Translations under genes and position numbers: made by a program
The notes under the pieces: model-generated
Seen by the model: only the letters and a program-made list of their open reading frames with translations
Told to the model about the DNA's origin: nothing
Databases searched by the model: none
Assembly (NCBI GenBank): GCA_963664225.1
Contig: OY760937.1
Span: 1,824,001 to 1,888,000, forward strand
From: Verrucomicrobiia bacterium
Lineage (GTDB): Bacteria > Verrucomicrobiota > Verrucomicrobiia > Limisphaerales > UBA1319
Length of the DNA stretch: 64,000 bases
Direction of reading: 5' to 3'
Shown: positions 19,615-30,706 of the stretch, piece by piece
Layout of the letters: every line of letters begins with the position of its first letter
Position numbering within the stretch: the stretch's first letter is position 1

Positions 19615-20769
19615 ATGAAAATCCCAAATCCTTCCAACCGGCTGCGTGAATCGATCGCGCTGAGCGTTGCCGGATTATTAATCCTCACCAGTATCGGATT
19701 TGCCCAGGACCAATCAAGGCGGGAACTGACTTTTCCGAATATTTACAGCTATGTGACGTTGAAATGCGATTTCCACATGCACACGGTTTTTTCCGACGGA
19801 TTGGTCTGGCCTACCGTGAGGGTGCAGGAGGCATGGCGGGATGGATTGGATGCGATCGCGATCACGGACCATATCGAGTATCATCCGCACAAAGTCGATG
19901 TGGGCACCAACTCCACCCGCAGCTATGACATCGCCAAACCGACGGCCGATTCGCTTGGGCTTTTGCTGGTGCGCGCCGCTGAGATCACCCGTCCCGAACC
20001 CCCGGGCCATTTGAACGCCCTCTTTTTGGAGGACACCGAACCACTTTGCACTCCGGATTACCATGACGCGGTAAAGGCCGCGGCAGATCAGGGCGCATTT
20101 TTATTTTGGAATCATCCCGGTTGGAAACAGCCCGACAACAAGGCGGTGTGGTACAAAGAGCAAGGCGAGTTCCTCGCCAAGGGATGGCTGCGCGGACTTG
20201 AGATTGTCAATGGCCCGGATTACTCCCCCATCGTGCATCGATGGGCCGTGGACAAGAACCTGACACCCATGGGCAACTCAGACACCCATGGTCCGATTGA
20301 CATGGAATACGATGGATCCGCAGAACACCATCGTCCAGTCACCCTGGTATTCGCTAAAGAAAAATCTCTGTCCTCTCTCAAAGAGGGCCTGATGGACCGA
20401 CGCATCGTGATCTGGTCCTCCACTAATCTCTACGGCGCGTCCGAATATCTGAAGCCGTTGCTGGAAAAATCGGTGCGCGTGATCAATTCCTCCATCACGA
20501 TCCAGGGCAAAGGCAGCGCCACGCTCAATCTTTATAATGAATCTCCCTGCGAATTTACGCTGCGCTCGCTGGACACTCTCAAGGGAATCCAATTGCCCAA
20601 AAAACTGGTGCTGCCTCCCGGTCGTTCCGTGGCCTGCAAAATCACCGTTACAGACCCGAGGGACGGAAAGCAAACTCTGGAACTCCCATTTATGGCCATG
20701 AATCTTCATCCCGCTCCGGATAAAACCCAACCAGTGGAAATCCGCGTGACCGTTCAGTTCAAACCATGA
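19615..20769 (+). CDS. Secreted PHP-domain phosphoesterase (Sb-PDE-like)
   Basis: Signal peptide; DFHMHTVFSDG, ITDHIEY, GHLN, WNHP, NSDTH. Confidence 0.88.
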   Translation: MKIPNPSNRLRESIALSVAGLLILTSIGFAQDQSRRELTFPNIYSYVTLKCDFHMHTVFSDGLVWPTVRVQEAWRDGLDAIAITDHIEYHPHKVDVGTNSTRSYDIAKPTADSLGLLLVRAAEITRPEPPGHLNALFLEDTEPLCTPDYHDAVKAAADQGAFLFWNHPGWKQPDNKAVWYKEQGEFLAKGWLRGLEIVNGPDYSPIVHRWAVDKNLTPMGNSDTHGPIDMEYDGSAEHHRPVTLVFAKEKSLSSLKEGLMDRRIVIWSSTNLYGASEYLKPLLEKSVRVINSSITIQGKGSATLNLYNESPCEFTLRSLDTLKGIQLPKKLVLPPGRSVACKITVTDPRDGKQTLELPFMAMNLHPAPDKTQPVEIRVTVQFKP

Positions 20770-20827
20770 CGCGGACCACACTTCCAACGCGCTGGACCGG
20801 GGTATATTTGCGAGGTGATTTTCGCCG

Positions 20828-23014
20828 ATGATTTTCAATACCAATGCGCCCGTGGAAAGCCTCTCGGGACTGATTGAACGGGTCACCTTTTTCAATGAGG
20901 AAACCGGATTCGCTGTGCTCAAGGTCAAGGTAAAGGGCGTGCGCGATCTGGTGTCTGTGGTCGGTTCCCTGCCGCAGGTCAGCGCGGGCGAGTGGCTGAC
21001 TGCGGAAGGCACCTGGGAACACGACCGCGAGCATGGACGACAACTGCGCGCCACCCTGTTGCGCAGCAGCGCGCCGACCACGCGGGAGGGAATCGAAAAA
21101 TATCTCGGCAGCGGCATGGTCAAGGGCATCGGCCCGGTGTATGCGCAAAAACTGATCGCCAAGTTTGGAGAGAATATTTTTGAGATCATCGATCACTCCT
21201 CCGCGCGATTGGAGGAAGTGGAAGGCATCGGTCCGGGTCGCCGCCGCAAAATCAAGGAGGCCTGGGCCGAACAAAAAACCATTCGCGATATCATGGTGTT
21301 CCTCCACTCCCAAGGAGTGAGCACCAGCCGGGCGGTGCGGATTTACAAGATGTATGGGGAGGAGGCCATCGCGAAAGTCCGGGCCAATCCCTACATCCTG
21401 GCGCGCGATATTCAAGGTGTGGGCTTTCACAGCGCGGACCAGATTGCGTTGAAAATGGGCATCCCGGCCGACTCCCTGCTGCGCGCCTCCGCAGGGCTGG
21501 ATTATGTGCTCGAACAGGCCATGTCCGAGGGCCATTGCGCGCTGCCACAGGAGGTCCTGACCGCACAGGCCGCAAAGCTGCTGGACGTGGCTGAAACGAT
21601 TGTGACGGCCGCAATGGATCGCAGTCTCGATCAAAAGGACCTCGAACGAGAAGATATTGCCGACCAGATTTATATTTTTCTGCCGGGAATGCGCCGGGCC
21701 GAGGAAGACATCGCGCGGCGGATTCGGCAACTATCCAACGGACTGCCAACCTATCCGCCGATCGATCTGGCCAAGGCCATCTCGTGGAGTCAGGAAGCGA
21801 CTGGAAAGGCGCTCGCGCCCAGTCAGGTTCATGCGCTGGAACAAGCCCTCACACGCAGGGCGATCATCATCACCGGCGGTCCCGGTGTGGGCAAAACGAC
21901 CTTGCTCAATGCGTTCCTGAAAATTCTCCGGGCCAAAAAGGTGCAGTGCCTTTTGTGCGCGCCGACGGGACGCGCTGCAAAACGGTTGCAGGAGGCCACG
22001 GGGCTCGAGGCCAAAACCATTCATCGGTTGCTCGAAGTGCAGCCCAACACGCGCGGCTTCGCACGCAATGCACGCAATCCGCTGGAATGCGGGCTGCTGG
22101 TGGTGGATGAGTGTTCGATGGTGGATGTGCCGCTCATGGCGCACCTGCTTAATGCCCTGCCAGCGAAGGCCAGCCTTGCGCTAGTGGGCGATGTGGATCA
22201 ATTGCCATCCGTCGGTCCCGGCGCGGTGCTGGCCCATTTGATCGAGAGCGGTTGCATTCCCGTGGCGCGGCTCACGGAGGTTTTTCGCCAGGCCGCCGGA
22301 AGCCGGATCATCACCAACGCCCACCGCATCAACCAAGGCCTCATTCCAGAATTGCCCGAAAAGGATGTGCTGTCGGATTTCTATTTCATCGAGCGCACCG
22401 AGCCGGATCAAATCGCGGATACGCTGGTCGAGATGGTTAGAAAACGGATTCCCAAGCGCTTTAATTGCGATCCCGTGCGCGATATCCAGGTGCTCAGCCC
22501 CATGCACCGAGGTTCGCTCGGCATTCAGGAACTCAATCTCCGGCTCCAAAACGAGCTCAACCCGGAACGCGCGAATGAACCCGCCGCGGTCAAATTCGGA
22601 TACCAGTTCCGTGTGCGCGACAAGGTCATCCAAACCTCCAACAACTACGACAAGGACGTGTTCAACGGCGACATCGGCCAGATCGCGCGCATCAACGCCA
22701 TCGACCAGGAGGTGAAGGTGCGCTTTGACGCGAAGGAGGTGTGTTACGACTACGGCGAGCTGGACGAACTGGCGCTGGCCTATGCCATTACGATCCATAA
22801 ATCACAGGGCTCGGAATTCCCAGTCGTGGTCATTCCCATCGCCATGCAACAGTATCTGCTCTTGCAACGAAACCTGCTCTACACGGGGGTCACACGCGGA
22901 CGCAAACTCGTCGTGCTCATCGGCCAATCCAAGGCGCTTTCCATCGCCGTCAGCAACTACCGCGTGCAACAACGCCACTCCGGCCTGCTGGCACGGCTCC
23001 GACGGGATAGGTGA
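20828..23014 (+). CDS. recD2: ATP-dependent RecD-like DNA helicase (RecD2)
   Basis: HhH KGIGP, GGPGVGKTT, APTGRAAKRL, VDECSM, YAITIHKSQGSE. Confidence 0.95.
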   Translation: MIFNTNAPVESLSGLIERVTFFNEETGFAVLKVKVKGVRDLVSVVGSLPQVSAGEWLTAEGTWEHDREHGRQLRATLLRSSAPTTREGIEKYLGSGMVKGIGPVYAQKLIAKFGENIFEIIDHSSARLEEVEGIGPGRRRKIKEAWAEQKTIRDIMVFLHSQGVSTSRAVRIYKMYGEEAIAKVRANPYILARDIQGVGFHSADQIALKMGIPADSLLRASAGLDYVLEQAMSEGHCALPQEVLTAQAAKLLDVAETIVTAAMDRSLDQKDLEREDIADQIYIFLPGMRRAEEDIARRIRQLSNGLPTYPPIDLAKAISWSQEATGKALAPSQVHALEQALTRRAIIITGGPGVGKTTLLNAFLKILRAKKVQCLLCAPTGRAAKRLQEATGLEAKTIHRLLEVQPNTRGFARNARNPLECGLLVVDECSMVDVPLMAHLLNALPAKASLALVGDVDQLPSVGPGAVLAHLIESGCIPVARLTEVFRQAAGSRIITNAHRINQGLIPELPEKDVLSDFYFIERTEPDQIADTLVEMVRKRIPKRFNCDPVRDIQVLSPMHRGSLGIQELNLRLQNELNPERANEPAAVKFGYQFRVRDKVIQTSNNYDKDVFNGDIGQIARINAIDQEVKVRFDAKEVCYDYGELDELALAYAITIHKSQGSEFPVVVIPIAMQQYLLLQRNLLYTGVTRGRKLVVLIGQSKALSIAVSNYRVQQRHSGLLARLRRDR

Positions 23015-23142
23015 GTTGGAAGAGGGGTGGAAGTGTTACAAGCGGATATGACCTTAGGATAACGACGATTCTTGAGACTCGTTATTCGCTTGCCTGAACA
23101 TCACAATGCTGCTTATCTCCATAAAGCGCATGGCGATGATTT

Positions 23143-23823
23143 ATGGGGCATTGTTTGCACATAGGACCGGGACAGCGCGGATTCACCTTGATTGAATTGC
23201 TGGTGGTGATTGCCATCATCGCCATCCTGGCCGGAATGCTCCTCCCCTCGTTGAGTCGGGCCAATGCAAAGGTCAAGGCCACGGCCTGCCTGAACAATCT
23301 GCGGCAATGGGGCCTGGCCACGCAACTCTACACGCTGGACAATAACGATTTTCTGCCTGCGGACGGCACGCCCAATCCCTCCGCCTCCAGCACGAACACC
23401 GGCTGGTATGTCACGCTGCCCCGGCAGATTTCATTGCCTCCTTACCACACGATGGCCTGGCACACGAACGCCTCCGTGGATCCCGGCCGGAGCCTGTGGA
23501 TTTGCCCTGCGAACAAACGCCGCAGCAATGGCCTGAATTTATTTCATTACTGCCTCAACGAGCACGTCAATGGCACGGGCGCCGATAACGCTCCGGTCCG
23601 TTTGTCCTCCATCACGCACCTGGAATCGATGGTCTGGATCTTCGACTCGAAGAATCTTCCTGCCGTTGGGTACTGGGGCTATTCGCATACCAACTTGCAT
23701 AATGGCGGGGCGCAGTTCACCTTTCTGGACGGGCATTCGGCGCGGTTTAAGAGCTCGGAGTATTGGGATTTCACGACCGGCAAGGGACTGACAAATAATC
23801 CCAAGCTGCGGTGGGATCCGTGA
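23143..23823 (+). CDS. Prepilin-type N-terminal cleavage/methylation protein (DUF1559/H-X9-DG type)
   Basis: GFTLIELLVVIAIIAILAGMLLP; C-terminal HNGGAQFTFLDGH. Confidence 0.9.
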   Translation: MGHCLHIGPGQRGFTLIELLVVIAIIAILAGMLLPSLSRANAKVKATACLNNLRQWGLATQLYTLDNNDFLPADGTPNPSASSTNTGWYVTLPRQISLPPYHTMAWHTNASVDPGRSLWICPANKRRSNGLNLFHYCLNEHVNGTGADNAPVRLSSITHLESMVWIFDSKNLPAVGYWGYSHTNLHNGGAQFTFLDGHSARFKSSEYWDFTTGKGLTNNPKLRWDP

Positions 23824-23859
23824 GTGAACCGCGTGGTCTTCCCACTGAATGGAGGCCGG

Positions 23860-24141
23860 TCATCCCTTTTTCTGGCGGGCCTGCTCTTTCTTCTCTTCGC
23901 GCTCGGCATTCAAGGTGACGCGGTCACTGAGCAATTGCTTGTTAAGCTGCTCATACGCGGCGAAATCCTGGGCTGCGATGGCCTGTTGAATCTGGGATTT
24001 GACGAGCAATTCCCGCTCGGCAATTTTCGCGGCGTAAATCGAATCCAACTCCGCAAGGGCCTTCTTCTGTTCGTCGGACACTTTCTCTGTGGGCGCGCTC
24101 TTGCTCAGGCGCTCCATGGCTAATTCGTATGCGGTTTTCAT
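23860..24141 (-). CDS. Small helical hypothetical protein
   Basis: MKTAYELAMERL.. coiled-coil-like, 93 aa. Confidence 0.75.
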   Translation of the reverse strand: MKTAYELAMERLSKSAPTEKVSDEQKKALAELDSIYAAKIAERELLVKSQIQQAIAAQDFAAYEQLNKQLLSDRVTLNAEREEKKEQARQKKG

Positions 24142-24271
24142 TTAATTATGCTGCAACATACGCGATACCGCAGAATGAGACAATGGTTTAGGTGATTTCG
24201 AGTAAACGCACACGGCATCCGCGCACCGCCGGGCTCCAGAGGTGCGTTTGTGCAATGTCGAAAAGCGCTGG

Positions 24272-26884
24272 TTATTGCGGCGCGACGCCTTCGTCGATCA
24301 CACGGAAATAGTGATTACGAGCGCGCAAGGTGATCGGCAACCGGATAATGGTCCCGCCGATGACATCGATCCGACCAGGCAGGGTTCGCAAGGTCCGGGC
24401 GGAACCCGGATCCTCATACACCACCACGTTGGAGACCGCATTGGTGGTTTTCACATCGTACCAGATCGACATGTCGGGAGATCCCTGGATCAGGTATTGC
24501 CTGCCTGCAGAAGCCGCGAATTGGAAGCGAAAGCCCTGGCCTGCGGCAGAATCCACCGGCACAAGCTTCGGCCCCCGGGATAATGGGTTAAACCGTATGG
24601 GCCGAAAGCCCAGGCGGTCGGAGAGAAGACCGATCTTGCTCACCAGATTGGTTTTTACGCCGGGCAATTCGAGCTCGCCGTTGGGCCCGGTGAAGCCGTT
24701 GGTTCGCACGCCATTGCCCAAATCGATATTCACGAAGGCTCCGGGAACCAATGCCCCCAGAGTGTCCTTGACCTGGACGACCGTGAGACCATCGCGGGTT
24801 GTGAAACTGCCAGTGATTCCTCCAAGAGAGTAGGGAACACCGTCACGACGAATGGTCATTTCAGGATCGCCGAGAAGAATGTAACAGAAAGTATTATTTT
24901 CCCAGCCGCCGCCTCCTCCTGTAAGCACGTAGCTGATCCGCTCGGCCTCAGCCAGGGCAGGCCCCAGGCGCGTGAAGCCCGATTCGTAAATGGCTCTGAA
25001 AATGCCCATGGCGCGGTTGTGATTCTCGGCGGTGTTTGAATTGACACTCGCCCCCCAATGGGCCACCGCGCCGCCGTCATCGCGCAACATCCATTGCCGT
25101 CCAATGCAGTCTGCGGAGCGCAACCGGTTGTTTTGACAGGCGATGGAATAGACGATGGGATAAGCGTCGTTATTGAGCTTTGGAATGTAAGTGGCTCCGA
25201 CAAAATCCACGCCATTGGCATCCCAGCCTCCAACCCAGGCATTTGGGCCGCCATGTCCTCGATAGAGCACCTGTCCCCTGCCCTCGTTGATGGCATCCAC
25301 AACATCCTGATTGACGGCGCGCGTGACGTTATAACTGGCGGCGCCCGCGTGCAGGACCTGGAAGGCGGGCGGATCGGTGTAACCTGAATAATTGGCGATG
25401 GCATTGACTGCGGCGGCGTATTTGGAGGCAAAGGAGGAACTAACATAGGCTGAACCGTCGTCGTTCTGGCTGTTGGCCGCCAGAGTCACTTTGGCCGGCC
25501 AGTTGCCGGGCGATGGGGAACGCTCATAGGAGAGAATTTTATCCAATTGGGTTTGCAGTTCCGCTTCATTCTTGCAAGGGAGGCGTCCGACATAGACGCT
25601 CGAAAAGAGATCGTCGCCAATCACGGCATACACATGGTCGGAATCCCCGTTCGCATAGTCGGGCTCCGCGGTAACCCGACTGCTGCGACCGGAGGGAATC
25701 GTGTCCGTATCCCCCACCAGCAGCACGTACAGGCCATGACAATAATTGATTTTGAAGAGGTTCTCGATATAGGTGTCGATGGCATTGCGGTCGGCGGCCA
25801 CATCGTCATTAAGAGGGTCGGAACCGACATAGGCAAAATCCACATTCAAACCCTTGTTTTGTTTCCAAAGCGCGAATTCGTCGAGCGTGCTCCGATATTT
25901 GCGCGGTGTAAGGATAAGGTAATGGGCGCTTCGGGAGGCCTCGATGGCGATACCTTTGGCTGTCAGCGAATCGCGCAAGGCTTCGCCGTTCAGGAATGGG
26001 ACGTTGAACATCCAGTTATCCCAGCTGATCGGACATTCGAAATCCTCTGCGCCCTGCAGATGCGTCACCTCCACCAATAAATTTGTATAAACAACCAATT
26101 CGCTGGCATTGACCATGGAAACCAGAGGAGTCCGCACTTCGACACCGGAATAGGCACCCAACCGTCGGACACCCGTCACCGGTTCCTCGGTTCCAGTGTA
26201 GGAACCCTGGAAATTCTGGTAAAAATCCGAGTCCAGCAAAACCGGCGCGGTAAACCCGTTCGTAATGACGGCCTGGTCATAGGCATCGTAACCGGCCGGC
26301 GCCAGGGGATGCGTCAACTTCAGAAGGGCGCCTTGCGCGCGAGTGTTTTTCACTCCCAAATCATTTGCGGTATTGAGCCGGGAGGCCGCGACCAAGCCGC
26401 GCAAGGTCGGGATGCCGGGACGCGCGCCCACAGGATCAATTCCCAATTTTCTCATTTCCTCAACGGTTTGGGGATTTTTGCCAATGGCGGATGCCGGGTA
26501 AACGGCCTGCGGTATCGTGATGGCTGGAGCGTTCTGAAAACGCGCACGCCCAATGTTGACCTGTTTGGCGAGCGAGGGAAAATCGAACCATGCCGTCCTC
26601 CCGAATCCGGCGCCTCCCAGTTGGACCGGCGGATATTCGATTCGCGTGAAGGTGTTACTGCCCTCGGTTTGCGGCGTCAGCCAGACGCCGCGAACCTGCA
26701 ATTCGTAAATCGTGCGCTGTCTGGTGGACTCGACCACCTGCATCGTCACGGGGGTGTCCTGAGGCGCAATGCCATCGAGGGCCTTCCAAGTGCGCACCGC
26801 CCGTTGAGCGGAGGCTGGCATGGGGGCGGCAAGGAGAAGGACGAAGGCGATGAATATCTGTTTCAAAAGAAGGTGTTTTTGCAT
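24272..26884 (-). CDS. C25 (gingipain-like) cysteine peptidase, secreted
   Basis: Signal peptide, propeptide, YLILTP, LLVGD, SDHVYA, VGRLP, catalytic YRGHG and SIAC, YILLGDP. Confidence 0.9.
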   Translation of the reverse strand: MQKHLLLKQIFIAFVLLLAAPMPASAQRAVRTWKALDGIAPQDTPVTMQVVESTRQRTIYELQVRGVWLTPQTEGSNTFTRIEYPPVQLGGAGFGRTAWFDFPSLAKQVNIGRARFQNAPAITIPQAVYPASAIGKNPQTVEEMRKLGIDPVGARPGIPTLRGLVAASRLNTANDLGVKNTRAQGALLKLTHPLAPAGYDAYDQAVITNGFTAPVLLDSDFYQNFQGSYTGTEEPVTGVRRLGAYSGVEVRTPLVSMVNASELVVYTNLLVEVTHLQGAEDFECPISWDNWMFNVPFLNGEALRDSLTAKGIAIEASRSAHYLILTPRKYRSTLDEFALWKQNKGLNVDFAYVGSDPLNDDVAADRNAIDTYIENLFKINYCHGLYVLLVGDTDTIPSGRSSRVTAEPDYANGDSDHVYAVIGDDLFSSVYVGRLPCKNEAELQTQLDKILSYERSPSPGNWPAKVTLAANSQNDDGSAYVSSSFASKYAAAVNAIANYSGYTDPPAFQVLHAGAASYNVTRAVNQDVVDAINEGRGQVLYRGHGGPNAWVGGWDANGVDFVGATYIPKLNNDAYPIVYSIACQNNRLRSADCIGRQWMLRDDGGAVAHWGASVNSNTAENHNRAMGIFRAIYESGFTRLGPALAEAERISYVLTGGGGGWENNTFCYILLGDPEMTIRRDGVPYSLGGITGSFTTRDGLTVVQVKDTLGALVPGAFVNIDLGNGVRTNGFTGPNGELELPGVKTNLVSKIGLLSDRLGFRPIRFNPLSRGPKLVPVDSAAGQGFRFQFAASAGRQYLIQGSPDMSIWYDVKTTNAVSNVVVYEDPGSARTLRTLPGRIDVIGGTIIRLPITLRARNHYFRVIDEGVAPQ

Positions 26885-27128
26885 GACGTTCCTTTAAGAT
26901 TGGCGTGTATTTCACATGAATTATGTCGCGCTCCCGCTCCAACCCGTGATCCACAAAAGCTTTGAGGACTATAAATAACTGTCCACTCAAGTCAATTTTA
27001 TATTTGATGTATTTATCGAACGCCGCCGACGCGGCGCATGGTGTTGCGAAATGCGGACGCCGCTTGTCCAAACGGGTGACTTGGTGGTAATCTGCACGCA
27101 ACGAATTGGATCAATTCAACATATTGCC

Positions 27129-28505
27129 ATGAACGCCATTGAAACCTATCTCCGGGATAACGAACCACGGTTTATTCACGATTTGTGCGAGTATCTGCGG
27201 TTTCCCAGCATTTCTGCGCAACCGGAGCATCGGGAGGACGTGAGCCGATGCGCGCAATGGCTGGCGGAGCATTGCCGGCAGATCGGCCTCGAAGTGAGGG
27301 TGATTCCGACCAAAGGCAATCCCGTGGTGATGGCACGCACACCGCGCCAGGGAAAAGGTTCGCGCCCGCACTTCATGGTTTACGGCCATTATGATGTGCA
27401 ACCGGTCGATCCGTTGGATTTGTGGAAGACGCCGCCCTTCGAGCCGCGCATTCTGGGCCGGAGCCTTTTCGCGCGCGGCGCGAGCGACAACAAAGGCCAG
27501 CACCTGGCGCACCTGAACGCCGTGGAAGCCTACCTGAAAACAGGCACGCCGCTGCCGTGCGACCTGACCTTTGTCATCGAGGGCGAAGAGGAAGTGGGCA
27601 GCGAGCATCTGGCCGAGTTTCTCAAGGCAAATCGCGCCGCACTGAAATGTCAGGCGGTGGTGATTTCGGACTCGGGCATGCCGGAGCGCAATTGCCCCGC
27701 GCTCACCTATGCGCTGCGCGGCATCGCGGCCATGGAAGTGCGCCTTAGCGGTCCCTCCCGCGACCTGCACTCCGGCATTTACGGTGGCTCCCTGGAAAAT
27801 CCCGCCATGGCGCTCTGCCGCATCCTGGCCCAACTCCAGGACTCCAAGGGCCGTGTGGCGGTTCCCGGATTCTACGACGAGGTCGATGCGCTCTCGAAAT
27901 TTGAACGCAAGCAACTGGCGCGCCTGCCCTATAGCGAAAATGCTTATAAAAAGTTCCTCGGTGTCCCTCAACTATTTGGCGAAAAGGGTTTCACCTCCTG
28001 GGAGCAACGCACCGCACGGCCCACGCTGGAAATCAACGGCCTGACGAGCGGTTACCAGGGTGAAGGAAGCAAGACGATCATTCCCGCCTGGGCCAGCGCC
28101 AAGCTGACCATGCGCCTCGTGCCGCATCAGAATCCAAAACGCATTTTGCAGCTTGTCACAAAACGGCTCAAGGAGCTTTGTCCGCCCACGGCACGCATGC
28201 GCATCGAAACCGGCCATTGCGGCGAGGCTTATCTCGTCTCCCCTGAAGGACGAGATGTGCAGGCCGCGTTGCGTGCGCTTAAAAAAGCCTTTGGCAGCGA
28301 GCCGGTTCTCATGCGCGAGGGCGGATCGATCCCGATTGTCACCGACTTCAAAAAGATCCTCGGCGCGCAATCCCTGCTGTTGGGGTTGGCGCTCCCGGAT
28401 GACAACGCCCACTCGCCCAACGAGAAATTCGATCTCGACTGCTACGCCAAGGGGGCGCTCCTCGGCGCCTGCCTCTGGCCGGAGTTGACCGGGGCGGGAA
28501 AGTAG
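27129..28505 (+). CDS. M20 family dipeptidase
   Basis: YGHYDVQP, ARGASDNKGQ, EGEEEVGS, DLHSG, NAHSPNE. Confidence 0.93.
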   Translation: MNAIETYLRDNEPRFIHDLCEYLRFPSISAQPEHREDVSRCAQWLAEHCRQIGLEVRVIPTKGNPVVMARTPRQGKGSRPHFMVYGHYDVQPVDPLDLWKTPPFEPRILGRSLFARGASDNKGQHLAHLNAVEAYLKTGTPLPCDLTFVIEGEEEVGSEHLAEFLKANRAALKCQAVVISDSGMPERNCPALTYALRGIAAMEVRLSGPSRDLHSGIYGGSLENPAMALCRILAQLQDSKGRVAVPGFYDEVDALSKFERKQLARLPYSENAYKKFLGVPQLFGEKGFTSWEQRTARPTLEINGLTSGYQGEGSKTIIPAWASAKLTMRLVPHQNPKRILQLVTKRLKELCPPTARMRIETGHCGEAYLVSPEGRDVQAALRALKKAFGSEPVLMREGGSIPIVTDFKKILGAQSLLLGLALPDDNAHSPNEKFDLDCYAKGALLGACLWPELTGAGK

Positions 28506-28572
28506 GTTTTGAAAGTCAGGATGACTACTTGAAGTCGGAGGACGGCCCGCTATGCTGGACCCAGGTTTTTTT

Positions 28573-29274
28573 ATGAGTAAACTGATTATTCGTATTCTTG
28601 AGCAGTCCAAACGGGCGCTCGTATTTGTCACCGCCACTGCGGCACTGGGGCTGACCGTCACGGCGTCAGCCGCTGTTAATGTCCATCTGGATGTTTCGGA
28701 GGTTCCTGAATTGCAGGCTTGGGGAGACAAGTCCAGGGCGCTTTGCGAGGAATGGTTTCCAAAACTTCTCGAGTTGCTTCCCAGCGAAGGCTTTAAAGGG
28801 CCCGACGACGTATATCTGAAGTTCTCCAAAGACATGCGCGGAGTGGCAGCCACGGGCGGAGATCACATCACCGTGTCCGCCTCCTACGTCAAACATGCGA
28901 CCAACGATTTCGGCATGGTGGTTCATGAATTGGTGCATGTGGTCCAGGCCTATCCGCCGCACAAACAAGGATTCGCGAGCCCGGGATGGCTCGTTGAAGG
29001 CATTGCCGATTACATCCGTCTTTTCAAATACGAACCAGACGCGCGGCGCCCCCGCATTAATCCCGAAAAGGACAGTTACAAGGATGCTTACAAAACGACG
29101 GCCATCTTTCTGGATTGGGTTGTGCGCAAGTATGACAAGGATCTCATCGCCAAGTTCAACCGCTCCTTGCGCGCGGGCGAATTCAAAGTTGAAATGTTCA
29201 AGGATGTCACGGGAAAGAATGTGGACGACCTTTGGAAGGAGTTCACGGATTCCCTCCCTAAAAAACAAGCCTGA
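28573..29274 (+). CDS. Basic secretory protein (BSP) family metallopeptidase-like
   Basis: GVAAT, VVHELVHVVQ, WLVEGIADYIR. Confidence 0.88.
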   Translation: MSKLIIRILEQSKRALVFVTATAALGLTVTASAAVNVHLDVSEVPELQAWGDKSRALCEEWFPKLLELLPSEGFKGPDDVYLKFSKDMRGVAATGGDHITVSASYVKHATNDFGMVVHELVHVVQAYPPHKQGFASPGWLVEGIADYIRLFKYEPDARRPRINPEKDSYKDAYKTTAIFLDWVVRKYDKDLIAKFNRSLRAGEFKVEMFKDVTGKNVDDLWKEFTDSLPKKQA

Positions 29275-29293
29275 TAAAATCTTCGCATAAAAC

Positions 29294-29329
29294 CGGCCCC
29301 GCGTGCATCACGATGGGGCCGTTTTTTTT
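29294..29329 (+). terminator. Rho-independent terminator
   Basis: CGGCCCC..GGGGCCG stem followed by a T8 tract after the BSP gene. Confidence 0.7.
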
Positions 29330-30706
29330 AATTCCAATATCGCCACTCCTTGGGATTAGAGCCTGTTTCAACTTGGAAACACCCGCAATGATCATAAAGC
29401 GGGATTCGTCTGAGGTAATTCACCATTTCAGTTGTTATTATGACAGAGCGTTGAGTATGGTTGGCGGTAATACAGCACAACCCAATCATTAACGCCCAAA
29501 TAAAAGACGTGGACATGACGCAACAACCGCCCTCTTCACTCCGTGGCTGGACCGTGACTTCAGCCGCCCTCGGCATCAATCTCATCCTTGGAGCCCTTTA
29601 CGCCTGGGGTGTGATCGCCAAAGCGCTGGTCATTAATTGGAAGTGGACCAAGACGGACGCCGCCCTTCCTTTTACCGTTTCGACGGCTGCTTTCGCGCTG
29701 ACGATGATCTTCGCGGGCCGCTGCCAGGATAAGATGGGGCCCCGCTATGTGGCCATGGCCGGGGGGATCATGTTTGGGCTGGGACTCTTCACTTCGTCCT
29801 TTTCCAGCACGCCCATGATGATGGCCATGACCTTCGGCGTTCTGGGTGGCATTGGCTTGGGCCTGTGCTATTCCGCCACAACACCTCCCGCCATCAAGTG
29901 GTTTGCGCCTTCGAAGAAGGGCCTGATCACTGGAATTGTCGTTAGCGGAGTGGGCATTGCCGCGGTGTATGTCTCCCCCTTGACCGCTTATCTATTGGGA
30001 GCCACAAACATACCTCAGACGTTCATGATTCTCGGTGGCAGCGCCACTGTTCTGATCTGCCTGTTTTCCATGGCCCTGACCAATCCACCCGCAGGTTATG
30101 TGCCCGCGGCCGCACAGACGGCCGCCAAGTCCGCCAAACCGGTTACGGCTGTCAGGCCGAGTCTCGACTGGCCTGAAATGCTCCGGAGCCGACAATTTTT
30201 CCAGCTTTGGATCATGTTCGTGCTGTCGGCTTCGGCGGGATTGATGATCATCGCCCATGTGGCCATCATCGCCAAAGAGCAGGCGGGAGTGGACAAGTGG
30301 GGATTTCTGCCCATTGCCATGCTGGCGGTCTTTAACACCCTCGGACGACTGGTCGGCGGTTACGTCTCGGACCGGATTGGCCGCACGCAGACCATGATTC
30401 TGGCCTTTGTTCTGCAGGCGATCAACATGTTCGCCTTCGTCCACTACACGACGCCGGGGATGGTCGTGTTCGGCGCCTCCTTCACCGGTTTGTGTTATGG
30501 GGCCATCTTTACCTTGATGCCCAGCGCCAGCGCCGAGTTTTACGGTGTCCGCAACCTGGGGGTCAACTACGGCCTGCTCTTTACCGCCTTTGGTGTGTAT
30601 CCGTCAGGCGAAGTGGCAATAGGCAATGTGGGGCTGGCCTGATTAGATTGGCGGCGTGAAAGGCGAATATGGCAACTTTCAGAAGTCACCCGCAACAAGG
30701 CATCGG

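Noticed and set aside
20828..23014. RecD2 as part of a defence system
   Set aside because: Ordinary stand-alone RecD2 with no nuclease or defence partner next to it
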